This document shows positions 1 to 10,816 of a DNA stretch of 64,000 nucleotides, in pieces; positions within the stretch are counted from its first letter, which is position 1, and every line of letters starts with the position of its first letter. The translations under genes were made by a program, and so were the position numbers. The DNA comes from an uncultured Phycisphaerales bacterium (GTDB lineage: Bacteria; Planctomycetota; Phycisphaerae; Tepidisphaerales; Tepidisphaeraceae). Under the pieces are notes generated by a model. The model was not told where the DNA came from and ran no database searches. It saw nothing but the letters and a program-made list of their open reading frames with translations. The stretch covers positions 224,001-288,000 of the forward strand of contig CAWJPJ010000007.1 of NCBI GenBank assembly GCA_963844715.1. The letters are read 5' to 3'.

Positions 1-784
1 GGACGTTCTCGCCGTCCTTGCCATGGTTATTGCTATTGCCGAGACGCATGTCCTGGCTCGAGCTGCTGGTCGAGACGGCCAGCACGTTGTCCAAACCGGC
101 GCCGCCTGTCGTGCCGGGATTAATATCCGCGGCAACGGCAAAGGAGGGCTCCATCCCGGCGATCAACCGGAACCCGCTGCCGAGGGCGGTCACGTCCGGG
201 AAAGGATCGGCGTAACTGTAACTGAGGTTCGCCTGGATGTTGGTGAAATTCGTCTGGTTGAGCGCGGTATTTGCCGCGCCGCCATACGTATCCGCGGATG
301 CTCCTGCACTCGGGCAAACGAACACGGCCGAGGTTATGTCTTCCGTCCGCAACAGGAGGAACAGGGAGGAGGGGACATTGTTGCAGGTGCTGTTAAAGGC
401 CTTAGTCCCGCCGGCAGTAAAGGTCCCGCCGTTAAAGGGATCGGTCATTCCATACGGCGACCAAGGGGCGACGCCAGGATTAGCGGCTCCGGAAACGTAA
501 TATCCGGCGTCGCTGGGCGTGCAACCGTTGTTGGAGTCGGTTGCGTAAATGGTGCGGGGATAGTTCCCGTGGTTCTCGTTGGCGTACAGCAGGATCGCCT
601 GCCCTATCTGACGAAGGTTGCTGGCGCACTTGACTCGGTTGGCCGTTTCACGGGCCTTGTTCAAGCTTGGCAGCAGAATCGAGATCAGCAGGGCGATGAT
701 CCCAATTACCACGAGCAGCTCGACGAGGGTGAACCCCATCGGCGTGCGGGGAGAATTCTCCCTTGCGCGTCCAAGACGCTTCAT
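1..784 (-). CDS. Prepilin-type N-terminal cleavage/methylation domain protein (DUF1559/H-X9-DG-like), runs off the left edge
   Basis: Not in the ORF track because there is no stop in the window. Manual translation gives [61 protein letters not shown]...[25 protein letters not shown] lies upstream. Confidence 0.93.
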   Translation of the reverse strand, partial: MKRLGRARENSPRTPMGFTLVELLVVIGIIALLISILLPSLNKARETANRVKCASNLRQIGQAILLYANENHGNYPRTIYATDSNNGCTPSDAGYYVSGAANPGVAPWSPYGMTDPFNGGTFTAGGTKAFNSTCNNVPSSLFLLLRTEDITSAVFVCPSAGASADTYGGAANTALNQTNFTNIQANLSYSYADPFPDVTALGSGFRLIAGMEPSFAVAADINPGTTGGAGLDNVLAVSTSSSSQDMRLGNSNNHGKDGENV

Positions 785-1023
785 ATAGAAGCTCCTTTCT
801 TGTACAGCGTCGAACTCTGCCAGCTCTATTGCGGATCAATGCAGATGATAAGAGATGAGTGCATTTCAACTCCGAATAATTGGAGCTGCCTCATTGATCG
901 CGCATCGGACTGACAAAACTCGACACGGAAATTAACGCGTGGGCGAACGCCGCCCACGCATATTAGTTTTTCGTTTTGGAACCCTCCCATGAGTTCCGCC
1001 ATCGAAATCGAACTCCGCAGATA

Positions 1024-1053
1024 AGTCTACAGGAAGGGAAATCGGATCGTCAA
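1024..1053 (-). promoter_or_regulatory. Putative sigma70-type promoter for the pilin-like gene
   Basis: TTGACG-N18-TAGACT on the minus strand, ~240 nt upstream of the ATG. Confidence 0.5.
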
Positions 1054-1099
1054 GGATAAACTGGGCTATTCGCGCCCATTGTAGCGGCCAATAACGTGC

Positions 1100-2777
1100 T
1101 CATTTCATATCCACGCTGCTTGATAATATCGGGAGTTTATGGAGGACAAGGACGGTCTCCGGCTTTCCAGTGGCCGCATAGGCAATCCCCTGTTCCGAGG
1201 CGACTTCGACGAGAAGCGACTTACGTTGGGGGCTGACGGCACGCCAGTCGGTATCGTCAATAACGATCCAATCGAACCACGATTCGGGGGGATTTTTGGC
1301 CAGATAGTTTTCGAATTTCTCGCGGGTGCCGCCCCCCTGGTAGAAAGCCAGGCTCGGCTCGGTATAGCCGCACATGGCAACGGGCACGCCTGGTCCGTGA
1401 GGCAGATGCGCGGCGAGGCGCTGGGAAAGCCTCAGGAATTCGAAATTCGGGAGTATGGTGCTGTAAAACAGGATGATGAGGAATGAACTGCCCACGCCCA
1501 TGGCAATCGCCGCGCGGTAGAGGCGGCCTTGCAGCAGGCGGAGTACGACGATCGCGACGTAGAGAACGGCGGCGGCGGAGAAGCCGACCATCGCCGTCCA
1601 GGGCAAATCGCGCGAGGCGAGCATGGCAAACCATGGCGCGGCGCCCAAGCCGAGGCCCGCGATGCACCAGGCGACGATCGTGGCGAAGAAGGCTTTTTGC
1701 TTCAGGTCGTCGTATTGCCCGCGAGCGCAGCGGACGAGGGCATCAGCCGCAAGGAAAGACAATCCGCCAAACGCCGGCAAGACATAGAAAGGCAGTTTGG
1801 TGTAGACGAATTCCATGAGCAGCCAGGGGCCCGCCACCGCCGCCATGGCGAAACGAATCTGGGGCAGCCGGCGATTGCGCCACGCGATGGCGATGGTTGC
1901 GGGGAGCAAAATGCTCCATGGAAAAAATGTGCCGAAGATCAGCAAAAGATGATAGCCGGGCGGCTCGCCGTGGCCGTCCATGCTGGTCATGACGTGATTG
2001 CCGGCCATTTTAAAGAGTCCCATCACAAAACCGGGGGCGCGGTGGTGGACAAGGATAAGCCAGGGAGAGACGACGGCGACGAGAACGGGAATGCCGATGA
2101 GCGGGCGGAGGCCGCGCCACCAGCCGACGGCGCGGCGCCATGCGGAGGCGCTGCGAATTTCGGGGCTGACATCGAGGAGCAGGAGGATCGCCATGGTGAT
2201 GGCGTGCATTCCCAGAACCTGGGGGCCCTTGGTCAAACCCGCCAGGCCGCATAAGCCCCAGAAGACCACGGCGGCCCAAATCGGGGGGCGTTTGTTCATT
2301 CTGTGTGCGGCGTACATGACCGCGAGGCAGGCTTGCCCTCCGATGACGAAAGCGGTGAGGACGGAATCGGTGTTACAGAATTTCGCGGCGCCGACGGTGA
2401 GGCCGCTGGCGCAAAAGATCATGGTGGTCCAGAGGGCCCGGCGCGGGCCGGCATAACGGCGAACCACCAGGGCCAGGGCCAGTCCGGTGAGGATCGGCGC
2501 AACGGCCGAGGGGAGACGCGCGGCGGCGGGGATGGGACCCATCACTTCCATCGCCGCTGCCTGACACCAGTAGATGAGGGGAGGTTTTTCCAGCGCGCCA
2601 TTGGGTAAGAAATTTTGGTACTACCCAATCGCCGGTTTGGATCATTTCACGGGAGCATTCGGCGTAGCGCGGCTCGTCCCGGTCCCACAGGCCTACGCTC
2701 TGGTTCCCAACCAGGTAAACCAGCATGGCTCCAAGCAAGATGAGGAGCAGAATCCTCCAGAACTTCTCCGAGGACAT
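1100..2777 (-). CDS. ArnT-like glycosyltransferase family 39 (GT-C), frameshift near 2590
   Basis: N-terminal LWDRDEPRYAECSREM motif, then TDSVL, GLTKGP and TKLPFYVLPA motifs; many TM helices; split over two frames. Confidence 0.85.
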
Positions 2778-2867
2778 AGCCGAATCAGCCTAAGCGCGGC
2801 TGTGTAAAACTGCAAAGCCTCCCGCCCTTGCCGCGGCGCGAAATCCCTCATAACCTCGGCGCAGCGA

Positions 2868-3431
2868 ATGTCTCCCATTTCCATCGTAATTGGCTTGCTC
2901 TGCATTAGCGCGGTCCTGATTTTCCTTGAGCGGAAGGGGCTGCCGACGACCTTGGAATTGAGTTTCAAGGGAGATGTGAAGCGTGAGACGCGGTTTCTGG
3001 CTCAATATGGTCAAACGGTCTGCACCGTGCTGGCGGCGCTGCTCATCTGGAAGCTCGATCCGGGACGCTTCAGGGAGATCGACAAGGCGTTGCTGGTGGC
3101 GGTGCTTGGCGTGGGGCTGTTCGCCACGATTCTGAAACGCCTTCTGGGACGGGCGCGTCCGCGCAGGGAAAACGCGGGGAAATTCCTGGGGCCGTCGTTC
3201 GGGCACGCCAATTTCCGCGAGAGCTTTCCCTCGAGCCACAGCGCCTCGGCGGTGGCATTCGCGACGGTGCTGTCCGCCGCGTATCCGCAGGCGGCGGGAA
3301 TCTTTTGGGTTTTGGCGATTATTTGCGCTCTCCTGCGGTACGTTATGGACGCCCATTGGCCGAGCGATGTGCTGGCGGGAATCGCGCTGGGATATTTCGC
3401 GGGATTTCTGGCGGTTCGATTTTTGTTGTGA
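2868..3431 (+). CDS. PAP2 family membrane phosphatase
   Basis: KRLLGRARP, SFPSSH and RYVMDAHWPSDVLAG motifs. Confidence 0.9.
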   Translation: MSPISIVIGLLCISAVLIFLERKGLPTTLELSFKGDVKRETRFLAQYGQTVCTVLAALLIWKLDPGRFREIDKALLVAVLGVGLFATILKRLLGRARPRRENAGKFLGPSFGHANFRESFPSSHSASAVAFATVLSAAYPQAAGIFWVLAIICALLRYVMDAHWPSDVLAGIALGYFAGFLAVRFLL

Positions 3432-3435
3432 AGCG

Positions 3436-4080
3436 ATGTCAAACTTATGGGATTTTGGCGAGATCGCCGACCGGCTTGGGCAGGCACTCCAAGAGGCGGA
3501 AAACGAACTGCGCCTCGAGCAGGCGGTCTACGGGCTGGACGCGGGGGACGAACGAAAGCTTCAATCCCTGTTGGCAGAGAAGCTGACTCGCTTTTTTAGC
3601 GTCGCGCGCGAGGTGCATTATCCATCGACGCAGGGGAGGAAACTGACTCACCGCCAGCGGTGCGATCTGGTGCTATCGCCGTTGGGGCGGGCGCTGCGAT
3701 TGGATTCGTCGCCGCCGACATTGTTCGACCCGGCGGATGCCGCAAAGCCCGAAGAGGCGCTGTGGCTGGAAATCAAAGTGGCGTACCAGTTCCGCGAGGG
3801 GGGCGCGCCGCACGGGGGATATGGGGCGCAGTGGCGGACGGCCGTCGTGGAGGATCTGCGAAAAATGGAGGCGGAACCACTGATTCGCCAGGCGGGGCTG
3901 GCGCTGATCGTTTTTAATGAATCCCAGGACATTCTGAAGAAGGACCTCGAGCTTTTCGAGAATGTACTGGCGGAGAAGGAAGTGCTGGCGGGGTTTCGGC
4001 AGGTGCGGAGCGTCGAGATTCTGGAGCGGATCGGGCATCGATTGTGTACGGCGGCGCTGTGGCCGACCATCCAGAGATGA
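3436..4080 (+). CDS. Hypothetical protein, possible PD-(D/E)XK nuclease fold
   Basis: ATG 4 nt after the PAP2 stop; REVHYP...RCDLVL...WLEIKV pattern. Confidence 0.65.
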   Translation: MSNLWDFGEIADRLGQALQEAENELRLEQAVYGLDAGDERKLQSLLAEKLTRFFSVAREVHYPSTQGRKLTHRQRCDLVLSPLGRALRLDSSPPTLFDPADAAKPEEALWLEIKVAYQFREGGAPHGGYGAQWRTAVVEDLRKMEAEPLIRQAGLALIVFNESQDILKKDLELFENVLAEKEVLAGFRQVRSVEILERIGHRLCTAALWPTIQR

Positions 4081-4122
4081 CGGCGCGCTTGCCGCGGGGC
4101 GGTGGCTCGATACATTCAACAT

Positions 4123-4533
4123 ATGGCTCGCCGCGAGCGTTCGGCCGGATTTATTCTTTTTCGCAACGAGCGCGGCCGGCGCTATCTGCTGCTGGACTAC
4201 GGGCGGCACTGGGATTATCCGAAGGGGCATCTGAAAAAAGGGGAGACGGACCTGGAGGCCGCCGAGCGCGAACTGCGCGAGGAGACGGGGCTGGAGCCGA
4301 GCCGGGTCGCGCCTGGTTTTGCGCGGGAAATCCGGTATTTCTTCAGGTCGGGGAAAAAGTTGATCGACAAGACGGTCGTCTTCTTCATCGGAGAGGTCGA
4401 GGACGACCGAGTGAAACTGAGCGATGAGCACGTCGATTACGCATGGCTGGATTTTGAATCGGCGATCGATCGGCTGACGTATCCGAACGCAAAGGAAATA
4501 TTGCGAGCGGCGGAAGCGCATTTGTCCGAGTGA
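4123..4533 (+). CDS. NUDIX hydrolase (Ap4A hydrolase-like)
   Basis: Nudix box GHLKKGETDLEAAERELREETGL; HWDYPKG and LSDEHVDYAWL. Confidence 0.9.
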   Translation: MARRERSAGFILFRNERGRRYLLLDYGRHWDYPKGHLKKGETDLEAAERELREETGLEPSRVAPGFAREIRYFFRSGKKLIDKTVVFFIGEVEDDRVKLSDEHVDYAWLDFESAIDRLTYPNAKEILRAAEAHLSE

Positions 4534-4566
4534 GGAGATTTGGGTGAGGAGATTTGGGTGAGGAGA
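4530..4566. repeat. 14-bp tandem repeat GTGAGGAGATTTGG, ~2.6 copies
   Basis: Units at 4530, 4544 and 4558 (partial). Confidence 0.85.
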
Positions 4567-4591
4567 CTTTTCCTCGCGGAAGAGCGCGCAG

Positions 4592-6529
4592 ATGAATTCG
4601 AACCAGGTTCAAGATGAAGTGACTGCGTGTACCGGCCGCCGCGGGCGCTGGGAATGTTGCTCGCCCGCGAGTTGCGCCCTTCTGGCGATGGCCCTGCTGG
4701 TTTATCTGCCGGTGATTCTCCACGGCGGATTCATCTGGGATGACCCGCAGTACATCACGCTCAATCCGACTCTGCGCGATTTCGGCGGGCTGCTGGCGAT
4801 CTGGGTTCATCCGACTTCGATCCCGCAATATTACCCGCTGGTCCACACGACCTTCTGGATTGAATATCACCTGTGGGGTCTTCATCCGGCGGGATATCAC
4901 CTGGATAACGTGCTTCTGCACGGGTTGGCGGCAATCCTGCTGTTTCGCGCGCTGAGGATTTTGGAAGTCCCCGGGGCATGGCTGGCGGCGGCGATTTTTG
5001 TGGTGCATCCGGTCAATGTCGAATCGGTCGCATGGGTGACGGAACGAAAAAATGTGCTGTCGGCGGTTTTTTATTTCGCCTCGCTGATCGCTTATCTGCG
5101 CTTCGCGGGGACAAATTGGCGAAGCTATTTTATCTCCTTCGCGTTCTTTGTGGCGGCGCTCCTGAGCAAATCGGTGACGTGCTCGCTGCCAGCGGCGATC
5201 GTTTTACTGATTTACCGGCGTAAGGGTCGAGTCAAAGTGCGCGATGTCGTTTATCTGACGCCATTTTTCGTCGCGGGATTGGCGATGGCGCTCGTCACGG
5301 GCTGGCTGGAAAAAAAGCACGTGGGAGCCAGCGGGGCGGAATGGAGTTGGACTTTGGGCGATCGGTGTTTGATCGCGGGCAAAGCGATTTGGTTTTATGT
5401 GGGGAAGATATTTTGGCCGCATCCGCTTTCGTTCGTTTATCCGAAGTGGACCAACGTGAGTTTTTCGCGCCGGCCTGAGTTGGTCGGATATCCGGTTTCG
5501 TTCCTTCTTCTAATCGCGCTACTTTATGTTTTGAAGGGGAAAATCGGACGAGGGCCTTTGGTTGCGGTGCTATTCTTCGCCGGCACGCTGCTGCCGGCGC
5601 TGGGGTTCGTGAATTTGTATCCGATGCGCTACACGTTCGTCGCGGATCACTATCAATATCTGGCGGCGATTGGGATTTTTGTGCTGGTAGCGAGCATTCT
5701 CTCAACCGCGGCGCCGACGAGAATTCTGGGGGTGTTCATTCTATGCGTTCTGGCGGCGATCACCGTTCGGCGGCAAAGCGCGTATCGAAGCGCGCTGGTC
5801 CTTTGGCAAGACACCGTAGTGAAAAATCCGGGTTCGTTCATGGCGTGGGGGAATCTGGGGGACGAATACGCGGATTTATCGAACGACGACAATTTGCCCC
5901 AAGACGAGCGAGCTGCGACACGCGCGCAGGCTCGGGAGTGCTACGCGATGCTGATCGAGCTGGCCCCGGAGCAGCCGATTGCGCATTACAAGTGGGCGAG
6001 CGTGGAGCAATATGATGGCGATCTGCAAGGAGCGCAGCGGGAATTGCAAACCGCGCTGAGTTTGGAGCCGGATTTCACGCCCGCGATGGACAGCATGGGG
6101 AACGTCCTCATGCAGATGCACAAGCCGGACGCGGCGATGGCTTATTACCGCAAGGCGATCGAGCTGGACCCTCGCTTCGCGGAAGCGAGATATGACTATG
6201 GATCCGCGCTTGAGCAATCGGGGCGGTACGACGAAGCGATCGATCAGTACGTGGTGGCCACCCGGGTGCGCGCGGATTATGCCGATGCGGAATACAACCT
6301 GGCGAATCTATTGATGGAACGGAAACAGCGCGCGGACCTGGCGATTCCGTTTTATGCCGATGCGGTGAAGCAGCATCCGCGGCGGGCGGATTACCGCACG
6401 AATTTTGCGGCGGCGCTGGCGGCGGTGGGCGACGCCGATGCGGCGCGGGAGCAATGCCGGATCGCGCTGGAGCTGGAACCCGGTCTGGCGCCAGCCAAGG
6501 CGCTTTGGCGGCATTTGGGCGGGCAATGA
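4592..6529 (+). CDS. TMTC-like membrane glycosyltransferase (GT-C) with C-terminal TPRs
   Basis: WDDPQY...YYPL, HPVNVESVAWVTERKN, LLSKS and ADHYQYL motifs, followed by ~5 TPRs. Confidence 0.85.
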   Translation: MNSNQVQDEVTACTGRRGRWECCSPASCALLAMALLVYLPVILHGGFIWDDPQYITLNPTLRDFGGLLAIWVHPTSIPQYYPLVHTTFWIEYHLWGLHPAGYHLDNVLLHGLAAILLFRALRILEVPGAWLAAAIFVVHPVNVESVAWVTERKNVLSAVFYFASLIAYLRFAGTNWRSYFISFAFFVAALLSKSVTCSLPAAIVLLIYRRKGRVKVRDVVYLTPFFVAGLAMALVTGWLEKKHVGASGAEWSWTLGDRCLIAGKAIWFYVGKIFWPHPLSFVYPKWTNVSFSRRPELVGYPVSFLLLIALLYVLKGKIGRGPLVAVLFFAGTLLPALGFVNLYPMRYTFVADHYQYLAAIGIFVLVASILSTAAPTRILGVFILCVLAAITVRRQSAYRSALVLWQDTVVKNPGSFMAWGNLGDEYADLSNDDNLPQDERAATRAQARECYAMLIELAPEQPIAHYKWASVEQYDGDLQGAQRELQTALSLEPDFTPAMDSMGNVLMQMHKPDAAMAYYRKAIELDPRFAEARYDYGSALEQSGRYDEAIDQYVVATRVRADYADAEYNLANLLMERKQRADLAIPFYADAVKQHPRRADYRTNFAAALAAVGDADAAREQCRIALELEPGLAPAKALWRHLGGQ

Positions 6530-6576
6530 GCGAAATAGGCTAGGCGAATTGGGGACTTCAGAATATCCTGCCGGGG

Positions 6577-7314
6577 ATGATCAAACCCGAAATCGAAGTG
6601 GTCACGGATGCTTCTGCGCTGGCTGTGGCCGCGGCGCGGCGAATTCTGCTGGCGGAGCAGGCCGCCAAGACGGAAGGCGTGTTTTCCATCGCCCTTTCCG
6701 GCGGGAATACGCCCAAGACGCTGCTGGAGCTGATGGCGTCGGACGAGTGGCGGGATCAGTTTCACTGGGACTTGTGGGAGGTCTATTTCGGGGACGAGCG
6801 CTGCGTGCCGCCCGATCATCAGGACAGCAACTATCTGATGGCGCGGCTGGCGTTGCTAGACCATGTTCCGATCGACCCGCGGCGTATTCATCGAATGAAA
6901 GGGGAAGCCGACCCGCAGGCGGCGGCGAAGGAATATGGGCAGCTTTTGAAGGAGAAATTCGGGGATGGCGGCCTGGACCTCAACATGCTGGGGATGGGGG
7001 ACGATGGGCACACGGCATCGCTCTTCCCAGGGACGGCCGCCCTGAAGGAAACCGAGCATCGCTGCATCGCGAATTTTGTGCCGAGAATGAACGTTTGGCG
7101 AATCACCATGAGCGCGCCGTTCATCAATCTTTCATCCGAAGTGATGGTGCTGGTCAGCGGCGCGGGGAAGGCCAAGAGGATCGAGCAAGTGCTCCAGGGT
7201 CCGCGCGATCCGGAGAATCTGCCCATTCAGATGATTCAGCCGGAGGCGCATGGTGGGAAAATGGTCTGGCTCATGGACGCCGCGGCGGCCGGAATGGCCG
7301 TAGACGAGGTATGA
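6577..7314 (+). CDS. pgl: 6-phosphogluconolactonase
   Basis: ALSGGNTP, GDERCVPPDHQDSNY, LGMGDDGHTASLFP. Confidence 0.95.
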   Translation: MIKPEIEVVTDASALAVAAARRILLAEQAAKTEGVFSIALSGGNTPKTLLELMASDEWRDQFHWDLWEVYFGDERCVPPDHQDSNYLMARLALLDHVPIDPRRIHRMKGEADPQAAAKEYGQLLKEKFGDGGLDLNMLGMGDDGHTASLFPGTAALKETEHRCIANFVPRMNVWRITMSAPFINLSSEVMVLVSGAGKAKRIEQVLQGPRDPENLPIQMIQPEAHGGKMVWLMDAAAAGMAVDEV

Positions 7315-7453
7315 AACCGGCACGGCGGACAAGCCCGAACATTATCGGGCGGGGATGTTCATGAATCCTTCATATGGAAGCCGTCCCCTTGGCAAAATCT
7401 TCGATTACGACTAGGGTATTGCGAAATATCGCAGGGAAAAGGAATCGGCCCAC

Positions 7454-8137
7454 GTGGCAATGCAGGAATCCAGCACTCGGATCATCTACGATTTCCAGTC
7501 GCTATTTTACGATGTGACGTTCGGGCGTCTGGTTCGCCGGCGGATCGCCAAGGGGATCGCGCACATGAATGTGCGTCCGACGGATCAGGTTCTGGACCTG
7601 GGGATCGGGACGGGGGCCTCGCTGGATTTTTATCCGCGGCACTCGCATGTTGTCGGGGTCGATCTATCGCGCGGGATGCTGAGAAAGTGCCGGCGGAGAC
7701 TGGAACACCGGCCGCTGGCGCAGTTTTCGCTTTTCCAGGCCAATGCGCTGGAGCTTCCCTTCGCGGACAATTCGTTTGACTGCGTTTTCATCAGCCACGT
7801 AATCAGCGTGGTGAGCGATCCTTGCCGGCTGATCACCGAAGCGCAGCGGGTCGCCAAGCCGGGGGCACGGCTGGTGATCGTGAATCACTTCCAATCGACG
7901 AATCGATTCATCGCGATGGTCGAGAAATTCCTGTGTCCGCTCTGCACGAAGCTGGGTTGGCGGAGCGACTTGGGTTTGCAGGACCTGATCCGCCGCACCG
8001 GCGTGGAAGTGGACTACCGTTTCAAATTGGAAAGCATCGATCTGTGGGAAACGGTTGTGATGTCGAATAACAAATCGGCGGTATCGGTTTCGGTTACAAC
8101 CGAACCGGCGCTGCGTCGGCACGAAGTAGCCGCCTGA
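7454..8137 (+). CDS. Class I SAM-dependent methyltransferase (PmtA-like phospholipid N-methyltransferase)
   Basis: VLDLGIGTG, GVDLSRGML, LPFADNSFD, IVNHF; start at 7454 (GTG) or 7460 (ATG). Confidence 0.8.
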   Translation: MAMQESSTRIIYDFQSLFYDVTFGRLVRRRIAKGIAHMNVRPTDQVLDLGIGTGASLDFYPRHSHVVGVDLSRGMLRKCRRRLEHRPLAQFSLFQANALELPFADNSFDCVFISHVISVVSDPCRLITEAQRVAKPGARLVIVNHFQSTNRFIAMVEKFLCPLCTKLGWRSDLGLQDLIRRTGVEVDYRFKLESIDLWETVVMSNNKSAVSVSVTTEPALRRHEVAA

Positions 8138-8165
8138 TTCTCCCTGGCGTGAAAATCAACATAAA

Positions 8166-9164
8166 ATGGGGGACATGCTCCACGTGGTATGCGGCCGATG
8201 CGGCCAGAGTTTCGAGGCGGCGGACGACGCCGTCGAGACGGAGGATGTCTGTCCGTACTGCGGAGCGGCTCTGGATGGGGAAGAATCCGACCCCACGATA
8301 GAGTTTCAACCGGCCCGGCCGTTTGATCCAATTCGGGACAGTCAGGCGGCGCCGCGGGGGATTCCGTCGCCGCTGTGGTGGCTGATCGCGGCGGCAGCGG
8401 TCGGGGTGTTTGTTTACGGCACGGTGGCGATGCTGCGCGGGGACGATTGGGAGCGGCAGCACGTGCAAGCGCTGGCGGATGCCGATCGGAAGGCGGCGGC
8501 GCTGATGTATGCCGGGGATTTCATGCAGGCGGCGAATGTTTACGAGTCGATCGTCACCGAACTGAGCGGGCGGGATATTCAGAGCATTTACCTGCGTCAA
8601 TTGCTGGACCAGGCGAGCCAGGGCGCGGCCGAGGCGCGACGGCGGATGGCGCTGGCGGCGGCGCACCCGCAGGCTGCGACAGCGCCGGCGGCAACAGAGG
8701 CGGCGCCGATATCCGAGCATGATGCGATCGTAAGTTTCCAGCGGAAAGCGGAATCGTTCCCGCAATACGTGCGATCTCGTCCCATGCTGTTTCAGGATTC
8801 GCAAGGGAACTGGCGGCGAAGGCAGTTCGTCGTTTGGGATGTGGACGCGCAGCAGGCGCCGGATTCCGATCCGGCGAAGATGGACCTGAAATACACATGC
8901 AATTCGAGGACGACGGCGGCGTACGCCGACCGTGAAGAGGCGAAAACGGATTTCAATTTCCAATTCGACGAACACATTCAGGCGATTCACTGCTCGGCGG
9001 AATACGAACTTCGGGACGGGAAATGGGTGGCCGCTGATCGCGACAGCGATTTGCTGGCGCAAGACAATTCGGCGATCAGCGACGGCACGGTACGGCCGGA
9101 AACGATTCTGGATTTATCCGAATTGCGGAAGATGGAGACGGAGCATTTCTCAGGCTCGCGTTGA
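8166..9164 (+). CDS. Hypothetical protein: N-terminal Zn-ribbon, one TM helix, extracytoplasmic domain
   Basis: CGRC...CPYC; hydrophobic segment LWWLIAAAAVGVFVYGTVAML. Confidence 0.7.
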   Translation: MGDMLHVVCGRCGQSFEAADDAVETEDVCPYCGAALDGEESDPTIEFQPARPFDPIRDSQAAPRGIPSPLWWLIAAAAVGVFVYGTVAMLRGDDWERQHVQALADADRKAAALMYAGDFMQAANVYESIVTELSGRDIQSIYLRQLLDQASQGAAEARRRMALAAAHPQAATAPAATEAAPISEHDAIVSFQRKAESFPQYVRSRPMLFQDSQGNWRRRQFVVWDVDAQQAPDSDPAKMDLKYTCNSRTTAAYADREEAKTDFNFQFDEHIQAIHCSAEYELRDGKWVAADRDSDLLAQDNSAISDGTVRPETILDLSELRKMETEHFSGSR

Positions 9165-10809
9165 GGCGGCGAGGCGATCGTTCGTGACTTGCAGCATTTT
9201 CAAGGCGTCGGGGGTGGGATCAATGTCGATCGATTTTTGGAATTGCTCGCGGGCGGGAGCGTACTGGCCGGCGCGGAAATAGAGCATGCCGAGGCGGTAC
9301 TGAAGTTCGGCGGGCTTTTGGCGCAGTTCCACGGGAAGTTTGGGCTGGACGTCGATGAGGCTCTGGCCGATTTTGATGGCGTCGTCGAATCGCCCAGCCC
9401 GGACGAGATCGTCACAAAGGACGTCGTACACTTTCGGAAACAGCGGATCGAGCTGAATCGATCGGGTGTAACAGTCGATGGCGCGATTTAGATTCTCTCC
9501 ACGCTGGCCTTCGGAGAGATGCTCGTAATATTTCCCCAGCACGTCGAGATGGAGCGGATTGAAATGGTCGGGATTGGTCTTTTGCGAATATTCGTAAAGA
9601 GTTGGGGTGTCGGACCATCTTTCGGTCTGCACGAAGGCGGCGGCTGAAAAAACCACGAGCACGAGCGCGGCAAGGGATGCGGCGGCGCGAGCGGGGAGTT
9701 TTTGAAGGAACCACGCCGCGATGATCGCCGGGCCGAGCATGGCGAGATAGACGTATCGGTCGGCGACGGTGGAATAATACTGATAGAGAAACGGGAGCAA
9801 TCCGAGGACGGGGAGCAGGCCGAGAAGGAAGACCCATGTGGCGGCGGATAGATACGGGCGGCGGAGCCAGGCGATTCGCGCGGCGACGGCGGCGGGGAGA
9901 AGCCAGGTCCAATAGAGAGGGTGAAGCGGATCGGACATGACCATCGACGGGGTGCGGCCATAGTCGAAGTTCAAGCCTACCGGGTAGACGAGTTTTACGA
10001 GATAAAACGCCAGGGCGTCGCCGGCGATGAGCGGGCGAAGATACCAGGGGACGTTCGGCACATCGTGAATCGGCTGGATGTAAACGGCGATTGCCGTCAC
10101 AACGATCGAGGGAATAAGCCACCAGGCGAGTCGGACGACGGTTTGTTTGCAGGATCTTTTCAAAACGATCACGTCGAGGGCGGCGGCGATGAAAGGGACG
10201 GTTACCACGGACGGTTTGCAAAGCAGAGCGGCGATGAAAAATAACCCGGCGGCGAGATCATTTGCACGGGGGTATTTCGATTCCGGGGCGGTGAAATGCC
10301 GCCAAATCGCGGCCAGGGCGAAGAAGCCGGCGAGCAGGTCCTTCATACCCGTCGCCCATGCGATCGGCTCGGCTTGAAGCGGATGAAGGGCAAAAAGGAG
10401 CCGCGCCGGCGATTGCCGGCAGCTTGCGCAGATGCAGGGCCAGAAGAATCTCGAAGATGAGCCAGACGTTTAAAATGTGGACGAAGACATTGGCGGCGTG
10501 AAACGGGCCGGGGTCGAGAGTTGCGCCGAGCAGATCGGGCGTGTGGCCGGAAGCGACGTGAGTTAGGGACCACCAGAGGGTGTACACGATGGGGTCGTAC
10601 ATGCCTCCATTGGCGGGGTTGGCGGGATTCCACTGATGGGCCAAGCCCGCGAGGGTCGGCGGGTTGAGGTTTGGATTTCCGTAGATGAGGGCGCGGTCGT
10701 CCCAGTCGACAAAATCGTGCCCGAATGTTTGTCCGTAGACGAGCAGAACCGCCGCGGCCAGGAGGAGGCGGACCCAAAGCGATCGCATGAGTGAGGTGTC
10801 GTGGTTCAT
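9150..10809 (-). CDS. TMTC-like GT-C/TPR protein, frameshift near 10400
   Basis: FVDWDD...NPNL, YDPIVY, GMKDLL, LLCKP, YSTVADRYVYL, C-terminal TPRs. Confidence 0.8.
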
Positions 10810-10816
10810 GGCCGGG

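Noticed and set aside
23..913. 296-aa plus-strand ORF
   Set aside because: It is the antisense shadow of the pilin-like gene and has no recognisable motifs.
4530..4566. Possible CRISPR or iteron array
   Set aside because: Units are contiguous 14-mers with no spacers, and no cas or rep gene is nearby.
7315..7453. Hairpins upstream of the PmtA-like methyltransferase as a possible SAM/SAH riboswitch
   Set aside because: Only short generic stems; I could not match the conserved cores of any SAM or SAH riboswitch class.
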